Source: a virus. From it: a stretch of DNA of 64,000 bases. The position numbers and the translations under genes were made by a program. Below the pieces are notes generated by a model. The model was not told where the DNA came from. It made no database searches and saw only the letters and a list, made by a program, of their open reading frames with translations. The stretch is from IMG/VR virus record IMGVR_UViG_3300032053_000025, positions 24,622 to 88,621 of that record. The stretch is one strand, 5' to 3'. Of the stretch, positions 9,524 through 20,440 are shown in pieces; the stretch's first letter is position 1; each line of letters begins with the position of its first letter.

Positions 9524-10043
9524 CCTTAAAAAACTATTCAAACAGTTCTACCAAGGCTTAATAATAACCTTCTGTGGCCTTCTGGGGGCTCTAGGGGGCG
9601 TTGTAAACAAGGACTATCGTAGATTTGCCTTACCTGTAATCCTTACATTATATGTAATATTTAAGCTTCCTGATTGGAAAGTTTTATCAATGTTATTTAT
9701 GATGTTAGCATTTTCGATCGGATATGGAATCCCAGATTCCTTAGATTCTGGATCAGTCTTAGGTAGATTCTTTATGAATATATTCAATAACAATACAATA
9801 TTATCCAATTTAGCTTGCAGGGGCATAGTAGCTATAATTATAATCCTATCATGTCTTTCAATCCCTATTATCAAGCATAATTGGATACCTTATGGGGTAT
9901 ATTCAATAATATTTCTATGCTTATTTGCTTATATAAGCTTTCAATCATGGGGAATAATACCCTTTAGGGGTAAAGAACTGAATGTGGTTGATCTAATCGT
10001 TTATAGTTTGATCGGAATTTATGTAATTTTATTGGTTAAATAA
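9516..10043 (+). CDS. multi-pass membrane protein
   Basis: Several hydrophobic helices; ALGG...RRF..P, IGYG. Confidence 0.6.
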   Translation: MDNLKKLFKQFYQGLIITFCGLLGALGGVVNKDYRRFALPVILTLYVIFKLPDWKVLSMLFMMLAFSIGYGIPDSLDSGSVLGRFFMNIFNNNTILSNLACRGIVAIIIILSCLSIPIIKHNWIPYGVYSIIFLCLFAYISFQSWGIIPFRGKELNVVDLIVYSLIGIYVILLVK

Positions 10044-10053
10044 GGAGGATAAT

Positions 10054-10766
10054 ATGATAAAATTAAAAATAGGAGATAAAGTAGAAATATTGCAATGTTC
10101 TTGTCTAACTCACAATGCTTGTGAGCCTAATTGCATTGGCTGCTTAGGAAAAGTGATTGAGACACCTAAAGATTATCTAAACGATCCTCGCTATAAGAAC
10201 CGCAATATTACAGTGCGGTTTTCTCCTACCAGTTGGTGCATGTTTAATAGAAGTGAACTTACAATATTAAAATAAGGAGACTAAATGATTACAGTATCCA
10301 TATTTATTAACGGCAATCCAATATTAACCCGCTCTGCGGTAAATCAATTAAAAGACACCTTAAAAGGCGAAGCGACTTACAAGGTTGATGATGGTTCTAT
10401 TATTTTACATAAACGTAGTAAAGGTGCAATACCTTTAGCTATTAAGCTTCTTAAACTAATAAAGGAGATATAATGATTAAACATTTCTTAGTTACTATTG
10501 ATGACCATTCCAATGAATCTAATGATTATACTCCTGCCAAATTAGCCTCAATTATATTAGAAATTTTAAACGATCCCCATTGGATTATTAATGCTCTTTC
10601 AGTCGAACCTTTAGATATTGTAGACCATAATAAATATCCCTCAACATTATGTGAATGCTCTAATCATCAATCTGGTTATACCTGGACTCCCAACGACCTA
10701 CCACACTGTAATAAATGTGGCAAATTAGCCAGTCCTCCTACTAATACAACCAACAATAATCAATAG
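10054..10766 (+). CDS. three small hypothetical genes (10054-10275, 10285-10473, 10473-10766)
   Basis: Abutting ORFs each with AGGAG-type RBS. Confidence 0.55.
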
Positions 10767-10868
10767 TAACTATCCTACCTCTACAATGCCTCAAAATCGA
10801 GCGTAGAGGCATATCCTTGCCATTATTATTCATTGAAGCATACATTCCTACTAGGCAATTCCAATAAA

Positions 10869-10893
10869 AAGGGATAGTTATGAGCTATCCCTT
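10869..10893. terminator. hairpin terminator at convergence of + and - gene arms
   Basis: aagggatagt-tatga-gctatccctt with A-tract upstream (U-tract on - strand). Confidence 0.7.
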
Positions 10894-10920
10894 ATAATTG
10901 CAATCATTTATCTATTTTAT

Positions 10921-11178
10921 TTATGCGTCTCTCCAAATACCTAACTCCAAATAACCATGCCATGAGCCTCCCTTGCCTTTAACTAATATTGAACCTTCAA
11001 CTGTAATCGAATTATCCTCATGCTCAATAATCTTATGCAAACTTAAGGTTGATAGTCCATATCCAGCCTTAGGAGGCATAAACATCCATTTAATATCCTT
11101 ATCACCTTCTCTTATCCATTTTGAATATTCTCCTTGTTTAGTAGGAAATTTATTATTCTCTAGTCTTAAACCTTTCAT
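10921..11178 (-). CDS. hypothetical protein (DUF6527-like)
   Basis: H.I.EHEDNSITV.GSI...WHGYLE.G.W. Confidence 0.55.
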   Translation of the reverse strand: MKGLRLENNKFPTKQGEYSKWIREGDKDIKWMFMPPKAGYGLSTLSLHKIIEHEDNSITVEGSILVKGKGGSWHGYLELGIWRDA

Positions 11179-11190
11179 TATAATTCTCCT

Positions 11191-11568
11191 TTATTTAATT
11201 GAAGCTTGTGGCTTTAAACCTATCAAACCATCTTTCCAAAATAAATGTGGTTTACCTCTATATTCCTTCCCGAAAGTTGTAGGTTCGTATTCTATCTTTC
11301 CTTTAATAAAATTTAGGATTATATTTAATACATCATTATCTTTTCTCACCATTAAAATTACTTTGGCGATTATTTGCCTATTACCTTGAGGCAATATAGC
11401 ATGGACTACTACATGATTATATGATTGATAGTCTGTCAATGTGACGGTTTTACCCATAAAGGAATATTTTAATTGTTTGATATTCTTGTTAGGCATATTA
11501 AGCCATTTGGAATCTTCTGGAGATCCCCCGATAAATTCGGTTAAATCTTCAAATATAATGCTGTACAT
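11191..11568 (-). CDS. hypothetical protein
   Basis: ORF with GGAGG RBS in structural arm. Confidence 0.6.
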   Translation of the reverse strand: MYSIIFEDLTEFIGGSPEDSKWLNMPNKNIKQLKYSFMGKTVTLTDYQSYNHVVVHAILPQGNRQIIAKVILMVRKDNDVLNIILNFIKGKIEYEPTTFGKEYRGKPHLFWKDGLIGLKPQASIK

Positions 11569-11577
11569 TTTACCCTC

Positions 11578-12087
11578 CTAATTAAATCCCATTGCAACTT
11601 TTACTTGCAAATTAGTATAAATTGCAGGTTGATTCTCCCAAATATCATTAATGATTTCTATACCTACAAATAGATCCATATTGTATGATTCCGCAATTAT
11701 ATTTGATTTGGGGGAATGTTCGTGCATAATAAAGGTAGTATTAATCATAATTGCACTACAATTATCAAACCTTTGCAAATCGTCAATTAATTCTTGAGGC
11801 CCCTTAAAAATTAGATTTGTATGTATAGAAGGAATTTTACAAATTGGAATTCCTAGTATAGGCACACTAAAAGCAGAAATATAAGTGTCAGATCCCACGG
11901 ACCAATAATCTATAGTTTGCCAATCGCTTTCATAATGATTGGCTTTCTTCATATAATTAATTTCTAAGGTTCGGGTTTTCTTAGTTAATCTATCTTGGGA
12001 TTGTTTTAATTTACTTATTTCTTCTTTAGAAGTTATAGTTTTAACCCAAGTTTTATATATTTTGTTTTTAGTGGATTTATATTGCAT
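11578..12087 (-). CDS. putative tail-tip protein, paralog 3
   Basis: N-terminus YKSTKNKIYKTW shared with two upstream genes. Confidence 0.55.
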   Translation of the reverse strand: MQYKSTKNKIYKTWVKTITSKEEISKLKQSQDRLTKKTRTLEINYMKKANHYESDWQTIDYWSVGSDTYISAFSVPILGIPICKIPSIHTNLIFKGPQELIDDLQRFDNCSAIMINTTFIMHEHSPKSNIIAESYNMDLFVGIEIINDIWENQPAIYTNLQVKVAMGFN

Positions 12088-13126
12088 ATTTTTTGGACTC
12101 CATAAAAGTATTAGGGGCGGTTAAACTCACAATTAATTTAACTTTAGCTTGCATTAATTTAGTTTGATACCAAGGTAGATTAGTCGAGGTATCTATAGTT
12201 TTAGTCCAACTCACAGGCTCCACATTCTCATAATATACATCCCATAATGGAATCCAATCCTCCCAAACATCCCCACTTAATTCTAATGGAAATCTACATA
12301 TAGTCTGCCCCTCAACTATTAATCTATACCTATTATCCCCTGTTTTTACAAAATATTGATTAGACCAAATTGAATCTACAATTGAAGCCGAAGTTACCTC
12401 TTCGGATTCAGTATATAAAATACTTTTATACCTGCCAGTTCTATATACCTCCCCACCGGGGCCGGCAGATGTAAATCCACTATTATACAAATCATATATA
12501 GGTAAAGTTGAATCAAACGGGCGACGCACATGCACTGAAACCATACCCGCAAAGGAAAAAAAACCATCCTTTTCCTCCTGAGTCTGTAATCGCCAGCCCA
12601 CGTAGGGAGTCGTTGACCAATAAGGGAAAATAGGGTATTTGCAATAAGAATTTTCGTCCCAAGGATGATAATACAAAAAATGAGCAGTAGCAGTGCCAGG
12701 AACGGGGTGGTCCTGGCCTTTATAGATTAATTCTCCTTCGCTATAAAGCTCCATTTCATCATAATGATAAGTAAAGGTCCCTACATTATCGGCAATTCCA
12801 GAAAAAGGAAGTGCCCCCGGAATATTAAATATAGCTTTAGCATTAACATAAGGAAGCATATCTTCACTAATATCTAAATCAATAGAAAAAGTATATGGAA
12901 TCGGAGTATAAAATACCTTATTCATTATATCTGGCACATTCCTATAATCAATTGAAACTTGGGTGCCACCCACTTGAATAACCTGCCATGCAGTTTCATA
13001 AGCAGGTTTAGCAATTAAACTATCCTGGGTAAGAATAGGAGTAACCTTATGAATAATTTTATTAGTCTTATTCTTAATTGTCTGGGATTGCTCCCACATT
13101 TTAGCAATTTTATTTTTGTTTTGTTT
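12077..13126 (-). CDS. putative tail-tip/receptor-binding protein, paralog 2
   Basis: N-terminal region YKQNKNKIAKMWEQ; aromatic beta-rich C-terminus; exact start codon uncertain (ORF track 13135). Confidence 0.5.
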   Translation of the reverse strand, partial: KQNKNKIAKMWEQSQTIKNKTNKIIHKVTPILTQDSLIAKPAYETAWQVIQVGGTQVSIDYRNVPDIMNKVFYTPIPYTFSIDLDISEDMLPYVNAKAIFNIPGALPFSGIADNVGTFTYHYDEMELYSEGELIYKGQDHPVPGTATAHFLYYHPWDENSYCKYPIFPYWSTTPYVGWRLQTQEEKDGFFSFAGMVSVHVRRPFDSTLPIYDLYNSGFTSAGPGGEVYRTGRYKSILYTESEEVTSASIVDSIWSNQYFVKTGDNRYRLIVEGQTICRFPLELSGDVWEDWIPLWDVYYENVEPVSWTKTIDTSTNLPWYQTKLMQAKVKLIVSLTAPNTFMESKKYAI

Positions 13127-13565
13127 GTATAACACCTATGTCCCTCCAATTATTAATATACAAATAAAAATTTGCTAATAATGGGCCTTGACCTGCCCAG
13201 CTCCCAACAGAAATATAAACAAAGGCATAGAAATTATTATTCAATTCTCGAACAAACATAACAACAGAATTCATGCTTGGTTCTACCCCATAATCTGCTT
13301 TAGAAAAAGGAATAAATACAGGTACCAATTTTAAATCTGAACTATCAGAAGCTTCCCAATTATCTAATTTAATTTCAGCATAATAAGGAGCATCATAAAC
13401 CACATTATAATTCTCTTCAATTAGGTATATATTTTTCCCTTTTTGATAGTTGGCAGACTTATAATTAATATTCAATCGTTCAATTTGGGCAACTGTAAGT
13501 TCATTACGTTGGATTTGTTCCCAAATTAAAGATAATTTATTTTTTGTTTGGTTATAGTTTTCCAT
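13110..13565 (-). CDS. putative tail-tip protein, paralog 1
   Basis: N-terminus YNQTKNKLSLIWEQ. Confidence 0.55.
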   Translation of the reverse strand: MENYNQTKNKLSLIWEQIQRNELTVAQIERLNINYKSANYQKGKNIYLIEENYNVVYDAPYYAEIKLDNWEASDSSDLKLVPVFIPFSKADYGVEPSMNSVVMFVRELNNNFYAFVYISVGSWAGQGPLLANFYLYINNWRDIGVIQTKQK

Positions 13566-16500
13566 TATTTTATTTCTTCTCCAGTAGATACATCATATTT
13601 AGAACATTGCTTAATAAGTTTCTCTGGGATAGGTAAAGGTTCTACAGGATAATAATTATTCACCCCACCTGAAACGGGGATTGAATTTGCTTGTGTATCA
13701 AAAGGAACATTGTCTGCTTGAAGATCCGCAGACATGCTTGAAGCATCAATAGTTAAAGTCTTAACAATTAAAGGGAATCCATTATCATTCTTATAAATAT
13801 TTAGCATCGTGGTGTTGACCAAATTAATCCTGCTTAATAATGTTACCCCATAAAATTCGATTGCATCTAAAGTTAACTTAATTGAAGCTGAAGTTTCAAT
13901 TTTACTTGTATCCCCATTAGAATCACATAATAGTTTATATTCTTCTAAGGCTACGGCCTTGGCAAAAGCAACATTATCATAATGTTCGGCAATAACCCAA
14001 TATAAACCATCTTCCTTCTCTTCTAATTTAGCCTTAGCAATATATCTTCCATTTGCACAAGATACCTCTTTATAAGGAGCAGAGCCTACATAATAATATC
14101 CCAACTCAGTCTCTTTATTTTCGCGCACCGACTGCCTTTTGTAACCAGCATTTACAAACTTAAACAAACTATTAGCCACAGGCTGAAGAGAAGTTCCAAC
14201 ATAATAAGAACCCCAAACCCCATTAGGCATCCAACCATAACCAAAATCTCCAGGAAGGCCAAATTTTTCAATAGATACCCACCAAAAATAAGTAAAATTG
14301 GGTACAAATTCAAATGTACCATTATTCAATTTATCTATCTCATAAGTCCCGGGATTAAACGAACTCCATAAAGCTACTTGCTCCTCAATTTGAGTACCTA
14401 AATCAACCATTATACCTCTGCAATCTTCGTCAGAAGCCTGCTCATTAGTAGGAACTATAGTTTTGACTATAGGTTTATTTATTTTAATATTGTTTACAAT
14501 AACATCATACCAATGTAATTGAGAATTTAATGTAACCAAAGGAAGTTCAATAATATTAGCGTTTTTAGCAGCATAACCTAAACAAGAAAGGCTTATTAAT
14601 TCGGATTTACTATCCATATCAATATCATTAATATAACCATCAAAAACAAGCCTGCTTCTAATGTAAATTTTAATCCTATTCTTACTTGTTATAGGAGAAT
14701 CAACTCCTGCTAAAGTATGATTGGGGTCATCATGTTTCCTTATTAAATTAAAAGTAGCGGTAGCAGTAAATGCAGTTTCATCACCACTATCTTGATAAGT
14801 AACTTTAATTGAAGGTAATTGTACATCGCTTAATAAAACATCGGTACCCCCAACATCTAAATATACAGAAAAATCATCTAAAATAATATTATCGAAAGTT
14901 GAAGGAGATAAATTTGCGAGTTTGTTAAAACATAGTTTAGTATTAACAAAATAAACATACTTTTGTAAAAATGCAAGTTTAGTATTGATAATCTTCTTAA
15001 ATACAAAGGCTAATAATGTTTGAATCTTATATGAAGTTTCCTTAAGAAACGCTAATTTAGTATTGATAATTGAAGCTTCGCTTTCATCCAATAAATATAA
15101 ACTATCTTCCTCTGTATCCCCTACATAAGTAAAATTAAAATCCTCTTTGATACTTATTGAGTTTAATTGTATTGTATCTCCCGTAGGAAAAGTAGTTCTT
15201 ATTGAAGGATCTAATAAATCGAATTTGACTATATTTCCATTATCACAAGCAATATAACCTTGATGAGTGGTAAAATTAATTGCTATGGCTTTAGCCTTGC
15301 TTTCGGACAAAGTATAGGTTTCGGAAGTGGGAATAGCTTCATCAATATTTACTTTGATTAGGGTAGCTGGAGTTGTATCTGTAATTATATATAAACTATC
15401 ATCATGAATAAATTTAGATTCATATAAACTTCCAAATCTAATATTGGAAGTTATTGAAGCATTGGCAACCTTGTAAAATTGGATATTTGAGGTTATTGAT
15501 TCTTGAACATTAGACTTGTAAAATTTAATGTTTGAATTAATTAACTCTTGAATTCCTATTTTATAAAATGTAATATTAGAATTAAGAACTTCTTGGACTC
15601 CAGCTTTGTAAAATTTGATATTAGAATTAATAGAGGAAACTACTGTTTTATAAAATGTAATTAACGAGATTATACTCTCCGAATTAGTTGATCCATAAAA
15701 ATAAATATTAGAAGTTATAGTTTGATTGTTCGTCTTTTTAAATAGAACATTAGAATTAATTGATTCTGAGCCCCTTAAAGTAATAAATTTGATATTGGAG
15801 GTTATAGATTCAGTTGCAGTTTTATAGAATTTGATTAAAGAATTAATGCTTTGATTATTAATTTTCTTAAATAAAATATTAGATGTTATTGATGAGGTTG
15901 CTACTTTGAAAAATTTAATTATTGAGGTTATTGTTTGGGAATTAGTAACTACTTCATTAAACTCATAACATCCCATGTCGGGATTTGCCCCTGAATAAGT
16001 TTCTACATATCCGGAAACCACAACCCCTGCATTTTTACAGGGGGAATTTGTAGGCCATGTAGCTACAGTTGCCGAATCGAACAAAGGATTGGTAATTATA
16101 TCATTTGCTCCCAAATTACCATTGCTCCGATTTGTCGTATTATTATAAAAACAATTATAGTTTTCTGTTATTGTATTCCCATATAAAGCAACTCGATTGC
16201 CCTCAAATATACAATCATATGCTGTTATGGTTCCATTATCTGTTCTAAACGCCGAAGAATTGCTCCCCCCATATGTTACTCCAAAACCCCGTATTGTACT
16301 TTTATAACCTTTGGTTCCTCCACCTAAATTATATGTAGCAAAAACTATGTTTGTCCAGTTAATCGCTCGTATGAAACAATTTCTAATATAAACCAAATTT
16401 CCAGTATTGGTGCTTGTAGCAATAACAGTATTATATGTTTTTTCTCCAGCAATAAAATCCTTATCATAAATAATAGTTAAATCTTGTAATGTAATATTAC

Positions 16501-16795
16501 ATCCTGTTGCTGTAAAACCCAACCAAGTACCCCACGAAGAATTCCAACTCTGAACCGAAGTTGCGGGTTTAATAATTACTTTAGTCCAATCCCCCGAAGT
16601 ACCCCGTATAGTAAGAGTAGCTAAAGTAGATATCAACCCAACTTCATCGTCATATGTCCCATCTGCCAACCATATAGTGTCGGTGGTTGCAGCAACAGAG
16701 ACTGCCTTGCCAACAGTTTTGTATGGATGTGCCTGACTCCCATCACCCGGAGCGGCATCCAAACCATCTATGTCATCTACATACCAATTTGCCAT
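13565..16795 (-). CDS. large multidomain tail protein (beta-helix + repeats + propeller-like + hub-like)
   Basis: WYVD..GDGSQAHPYKTV..DTIWLADGTY..PDMGCYE beta-helix; 12 tandem 14-15 aa repeats; VFDGYINDID hub-like segment. Confidence 0.7.
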   Translation of the reverse strand: MANWYVDDIDGLDAAPGDGSQAHPYKTVGKAVSVAATTDTIWLADGTYDDEVGLISTLATLTIRGTSGDWTKVIIKPATSVQSWNSSWGTWLGFTATGCNITLQDLTIIYDKDFIAGEKTYNTVIATSTNTGNLVYIRNCFIRAINWTNIVFATYNLGGGTKGYKSTIRGFGVTYGGSNSSAFRTDNGTITAYDCIFEGNRVALYGNTITENYNCFYNNTTNRSNGNLGANDIITNPLFDSATVATWPTNSPCKNAGVVVSGYVETYSGANPDMGCYEFNEVVTNSQTITSIIKFFKVATSSITSNILFKKINNQSINSLIKFYKTATESITSNIKFITLRGSESINSNVLFKKTNNQTITSNIYFYGSTNSESIISLITFYKTVVSSINSNIKFYKAGVQEVLNSNITFYKIGIQELINSNIKFYKSNVQESITSNIQFYKVANASITSNIRFGSLYESKFIHDDSLYIITDTTPATLIKVNIDEAIPTSETYTLSESKAKAIAINFTTHQGYIACDNGNIVKFDLLDPSIRTTFPTGDTIQLNSISIKEDFNFTYVGDTEEDSLYLLDESEASIINTKLAFLKETSYKIQTLLAFVFKKIINTKLAFLQKYVYFVNTKLCFNKLANLSPSTFDNIILDDFSVYLDVGGTDVLLSDVQLPSIKVTYQDSGDETAFTATATFNLIRKHDDPNHTLAGVDSPITSKNRIKIYIRSRLVFDGYINDIDMDSKSELISLSCLGYAAKNANIIELPLVTLNSQLHWYDVIVNNIKINKPIVKTIVPTNEQASDEDCRGIMVDLGTQIEEQVALWSSFNPGTYEIDKLNNGTFEFVPNFTYFWWVSIEKFGLPGDFGYGWMPNGVWGSYYVGTSLQPVANSLFKFVNAGYKRQSVRENKETELGYYYVGSAPYKEVSCANGRYIAKAKLEEKEDGLYWVIAEHYDNVAFAKAVALEEYKLLCDSNGDTSKIETSASIKLTLDAIEFYGVTLLSRINLVNTTMLNIYKNDNGFPLIVKTLTIDASSMSADLQADNVPFDTQANSIPVSGGVNNYYPVEPLPIPEKLIKQCSKYDVSTGEEIK

Positions 16796-16796
16796 T

Positions 16797-17216
16797 TTAT
16801 TCTCCTACCATAAAGTTGCCAGTTAAATCGTCTATTTGAAATATAATCTTATGATTTTCATTGGTTATTGAATTATACTGTAACCCCAATATATGTTTAG
16901 TATTAATTATATCTTCTATTTGTTGCCCTACTGCAAGCAAGGTATCCCGTTTCCTATAATAAATTAATCTTATATTATGCTTGCCTTTATTAAATTCAAA
17001 TACTTCTTCCTGCCGTTCGCCAAATCCTATTATACCTAATAAAACATCAACCATAAATACTTTAGATTTATCCTTGTTTAATAATAAGAAATATGATATA
17101 TCGGAGAATCGTTCCCGTACTTCGGTCCAATGTATATCTAAACCGTCGGCCCCATGTTGTTCGATTGTGGAGTTATCCTTAAATATAACTATCCAATTAA
17201 AATTTAGTTCGTTCAT
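16797..17216 (-). CDS. hypothetical virion-module protein
   Basis: Start MNELNF after AAGGA; RLIYYR..ILGLQ. Confidence 0.55.
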   Translation of the reverse strand: MNELNFNWIVIFKDNSTIEQHGADGLDIHWTEVRERFSDISYFLLLNKDKSKVFMVDVLLGIIGFGERQEEVFEFNKGKHNIRLIYYRKRDTLLAVGQQIEDIINTKHILGLQYNSITNENHKIIFQIDDLTGNFMVGE

Positions 17217-17239
17217 TATATTTCCTTTTGTTAAATGGT

Positions 17240-18145
17240 TTACATCTTGTCTTGAAAAAAATTTACCCAATAAGTTCTATTATAATTGGCTCGGACATTA
17301 CATATAAGGCATAAAGTAAGCAAATTATTTTTATTACAATTGTCTTTGTTATAATCTATATGATGTACATGCAAAATCTCGTTAAATTAGGCTAAATGTT
17401 CTTCTTCGGTCATGCCACAATTCTGGCATTTGTAGTCGTCGCGTTTACGGATTAAATCTTTTAACTGGCAATTAAATTCATATGGATATTCTCCTTTAGA
17501 ACATCCACCCAACCAATTTGGGTTTTTATCTCCTCGGAATTTTTCACCATTACCATAATTCGGGTTGTTTGGTCCTTCCATATGTCTATTCAACTGGGCC
17601 ATACTGAATTTAGCTTTAACTTCGGGGCGTTTAGAGGAAGAACGATCCCCCCGTAATTTAAAATTAGGTCTATAGCCTTTAATATATTCAGAAAACCCAT
17701 ATAGATTTAAATATTTGCAGATAGTCCCATAACTCAACCCATACATCTTGGCAATATCAGTACTAGACTTCAATTCTACTACATACAATCTATATAAATC
17801 TTCTTTTTTAATTTTGACTTCGTTTCCCTTGCTTCCACAATTTCTAATAGAAACTCCTGCTTTTTTTAATCGAACTATAAGAGCACCACAAGACATATTA
17901 AATTGCTTAGATAACTCCGTTGTGGGTTTGCCTTCTTGGCAATACAATTTTATTAACAAATCAGAATCAATATACCTGCGTTCTTTACACAAATTATGAT
18001 GGCGAGGAATATCATATCTCCATAAATTTTTTATCACTGCTTTGCGAGTACAATTTAGGATAATGGAAACGTCTCCCGCTGAATTATTTTCTTCGACATA
18101 TAATTTATATAAAAGTTGTTTATCTAAAACTATTTTCTTGCTCAT
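17240..18145 (-). pseudogene. HNH homing endonuclease with HTH repeats, interrupted by in-frame TAA (17387-17389)
   Basis: IRKRDDYKCQNCG..EHLA*FNEILHVHHIDYNKDNCNKNNLLTLCLICN continues in the same frame to stop at 17240. Confidence 0.8.
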
Positions 18146-18226
18146 TAATGGCTCCTGGCGGTTCCATTGTATTGAACCCGCCTATCTATAACATTTTATT
18201 GTTATAACTACTTGCGATTAAACAAG

Positions 18227-18721
18227 TTACAACTCGTCCCATTGGACTTTGATGACCTTCTCATTTCCAACTCCTGTAGGCGTACTTACACTCGAACTAG
18301 TCTGCAAAACAATATACTTAGAATATCCAACTTCGGTAAATAAAGTCTCATCTTCAAGAGACTCATCTTCCAAGGATTGAATAGCCAAAGCACTTTCGAT
18401 AGCTGTAGGAATTGCACTTACAGCCTTAGCAGATTCAGTATTAACTGGTTGTGTATAAGTCTGATTAGCTATAGCCTTAATTAACTCATCCGTTTTGTAA
18501 GTTCCCGATAACTTAAACAATTTCATGTTTGATAATTCGGCAAATGTTCCACCAACCTTAATTTTAAGATATTTCTCAAACGAAAATTCTCCTACTGCAA
18601 CCTTATAGGTTGAAGTATTAAGATTAGGCGAATCGTTTGACCCGAAGTTTAAATTTGTTAAACTATCGGTAACTGATTGTCCAACACCATTTGCTTCCGA
18701 AAAACTCACGCTTGCTGGCAT
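18227..18721 (-). CDS. putative tail/baseplate structural protein
   Basis: NLNFGSND, SFEKYLK, YIVLQ, QWDE; position in tail module. Confidence 0.55.
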   Translation of the reverse strand: MPASVSFSEANGVGQSVTDSLTNLNFGSNDSPNLNTSTYKVAVGEFSFEKYLKIKVGGTFAELSNMKLFKLSGTYKTDELIKAIANQTYTQPVNTESAKAVSAIPTAIESALAIQSLEDESLEDETLFTEVGYSKYIVLQTSSSVSTPTGVGNEKVIKVQWDEL

Positions 18722-18759
18722 GGTTCTCACCCCCTTTCTTTAAATTGTTGTATATCTAT

Positions 18760-19323
18760 CTAACTAATTGTAAATATCTCATAACTATTCCCCGATTCGA
18801 TACTAACCTTCACCAAATCAATAGGAGTATTCGATGTATAAATCCATAAGTTACCACTTGCATCTAAATCGATCCTTTTAGCATTACTTACTAATTGCCC
18901 AGACTCATCTAAAGTTAATGTTGAAACAAATGTAAATGCAGCATAATCCACTAATATTATTGAGGTTATTGAACCTCCAATTAAAAAGTATAAGTAAGTA
19001 TCATCATTAATTAAATCTACCGAAGGTTCTGTAATTCCTAAAGGTAAAGCTAAGTATGTTGCAACCATTGTAGATATTACTACTTGGACGGCCAAATTAG
19101 TGTCATCATCTAAACATAAATATAGATTAAGCCCGCCAACCATAATCCTTGTAATTTCGGTGGCGGTTATTGCTAATTCATAGTAAACTATAGAAGGATC
19201 GAATGCGGAGCATTTTAATAAATAGCAAGTATCTTCTACAGAGTCTGTGACTCCTAAATAAAGATAATTGCCAGATATTATGCTGGCTGTTATTGTTCGA
19301 TTTGGATATGTATAATTTTTCAT
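18760..19323 (-). CDS. beta-propeller-like structural protein
   Basis: Repeated YLY blades; LWIYTSNTPIDLVKV resembles LYIITDTTPATLIKV in 13565-16795. Confidence 0.5.
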   Translation of the reverse strand: MKNYTYPNRTITASIISGNYLYLGVTDSVEDTCYLLKCSAFDPSIVYYELAITATEITRIMVGGLNLYLCLDDDTNLAVQVVISTMVATYLALPLGITEPSVDLINDDTYLYFLIGGSITSIILVDYAAFTFVSTLTLDESGQLVSNAKRIDLDASGNLWIYTSNTPIDLVKVSIESGNSYEIFTIS

Positions 19324-19343
19324 TTGATTGTCCTTTAATTAAC

Positions 19344-19979
19344 TCACGCTGTGGTAAATATCACTACCAGGCATGGCGTTTCTAACGCCCCTTCACTATT
19401 GGCTTTGATTATGCATTTAAGATTACAATATAAATCCTTTGCGGCCTCAAGAGGGCCCTTACCATCGTTCAAAAATAAAAAGTGCCCATCTGCGCTAGAA
19501 CCAAGCTTAGATCCAACCCAATGGTCTCCTGGAGGAGTTAAAGTAGTACAAATCCCCCACCAAAAACTTTGGGTCGGGTCACCCTCACCTAATGATAGAA
19601 AATCAATGGTATCCAAATCACTAGAATCCCATAACTCTAAAACCGGCTCACTACCAGTAATGCCTGAGAAGGCAAAACAGAATGGATATTGACCTGCCCC
19701 ATCAGCACTACCAAATCCTAACACTTCCTTCAATAAATTAGCATCATTATCGGCCAAGAAGCATTTTGGCACCTCTACAGCTATAGCACCAATAGGCACA
19801 CCAGCGGCCACTATCTTGGCCGTAATAGGCAAGGATTCTCCATCAGCAACACTTACACTACCATTACTAAATAACAAATAATCTAATACCAAAGAAAGTA
19901 ATGTAAATTCTACTCCACTTTCTCCTCTTGCAGAATCTATATCTCCAGTATTAACATATATTGAACACGTTGTAGACAT
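19344..19979 (-). CDS. putative tail structural protein
   Basis: Acidic, beta-rich ORF with GGAGG RBS after Dit-like gene. Confidence 0.5.
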   Translation of the reverse strand: MSTTCSIYVNTGDIDSARGESGVEFTLLSLVLDYLLFSNGSVSVADGESLPITAKIVAAGVPIGAIAVEVPKCFLADNDANLLKEVLGFGSADGAGQYPFCFAFSGITGSEPVLELWDSSDLDTIDFLSLGEGDPTQSFWWGICTTLTPPGDHWVGSKLGSSADGHFLFLNDGKGPLEAAKDLYCNLKCIIKANSEGALETPCLVVIFTTA

Positions 19980-20022
19980 TATTTATTCCTCCTTATAAAA
20001 TCTTTTAAACTACTATTATCTA

Positions 20023-20439
20023 TCACCAAGAATTGCAACGAAAAGTCAGTTTTAATTCAACTACATTCGTAATATTTCCATTAGGCACTCTTTCAATTGC
20101 TAGCAATCTTTTAACATTACAATCATAAGTAGCAATCGAAGATTTATCTATTTTTAATACTCCTGGATAATTAATTGGAATTGCCGACTCTAAAGTGTCT
20201 ATTAATGCCATTAAGGCTGTATAATTTGCGCCTTTAAGAAAGAAATGAATAGTTAAATCATAAGCTTTTAAACCACCATCAATAACTAAACTTCCTTTGG
20301 CCCTAGGATTTTCATGTTCTATAATATGCTTTTCCGTGTGAGGAAAAGGACCACTATCCTTTTGTACATATAGAAATGTATATACTAGCGTAGTGCCGTC
20401 TGCTTGAAATAACTTGAATGAAGGTTTCCAGTCTGCCAT
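20023..20439 (-). CDS. distal tail-like protein
   Basis: Directly downstream of tape measure; size and LTIHFFL..L..LE pattern. Confidence 0.45.
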   Translation of the reverse strand: MADWKPSFKLFQADGTTLVYTFLYVQKDSGPFPHTEKHIIEHENPRAKGSLVIDGGLKAYDLTIHFFLKGANYTALMALIDTLESAIPINYPGVLKIDKSSIATYDCNVKRLLAIERVPNGNITNVVELKLTFRCNSW

Positions 20440-20440
20440 T

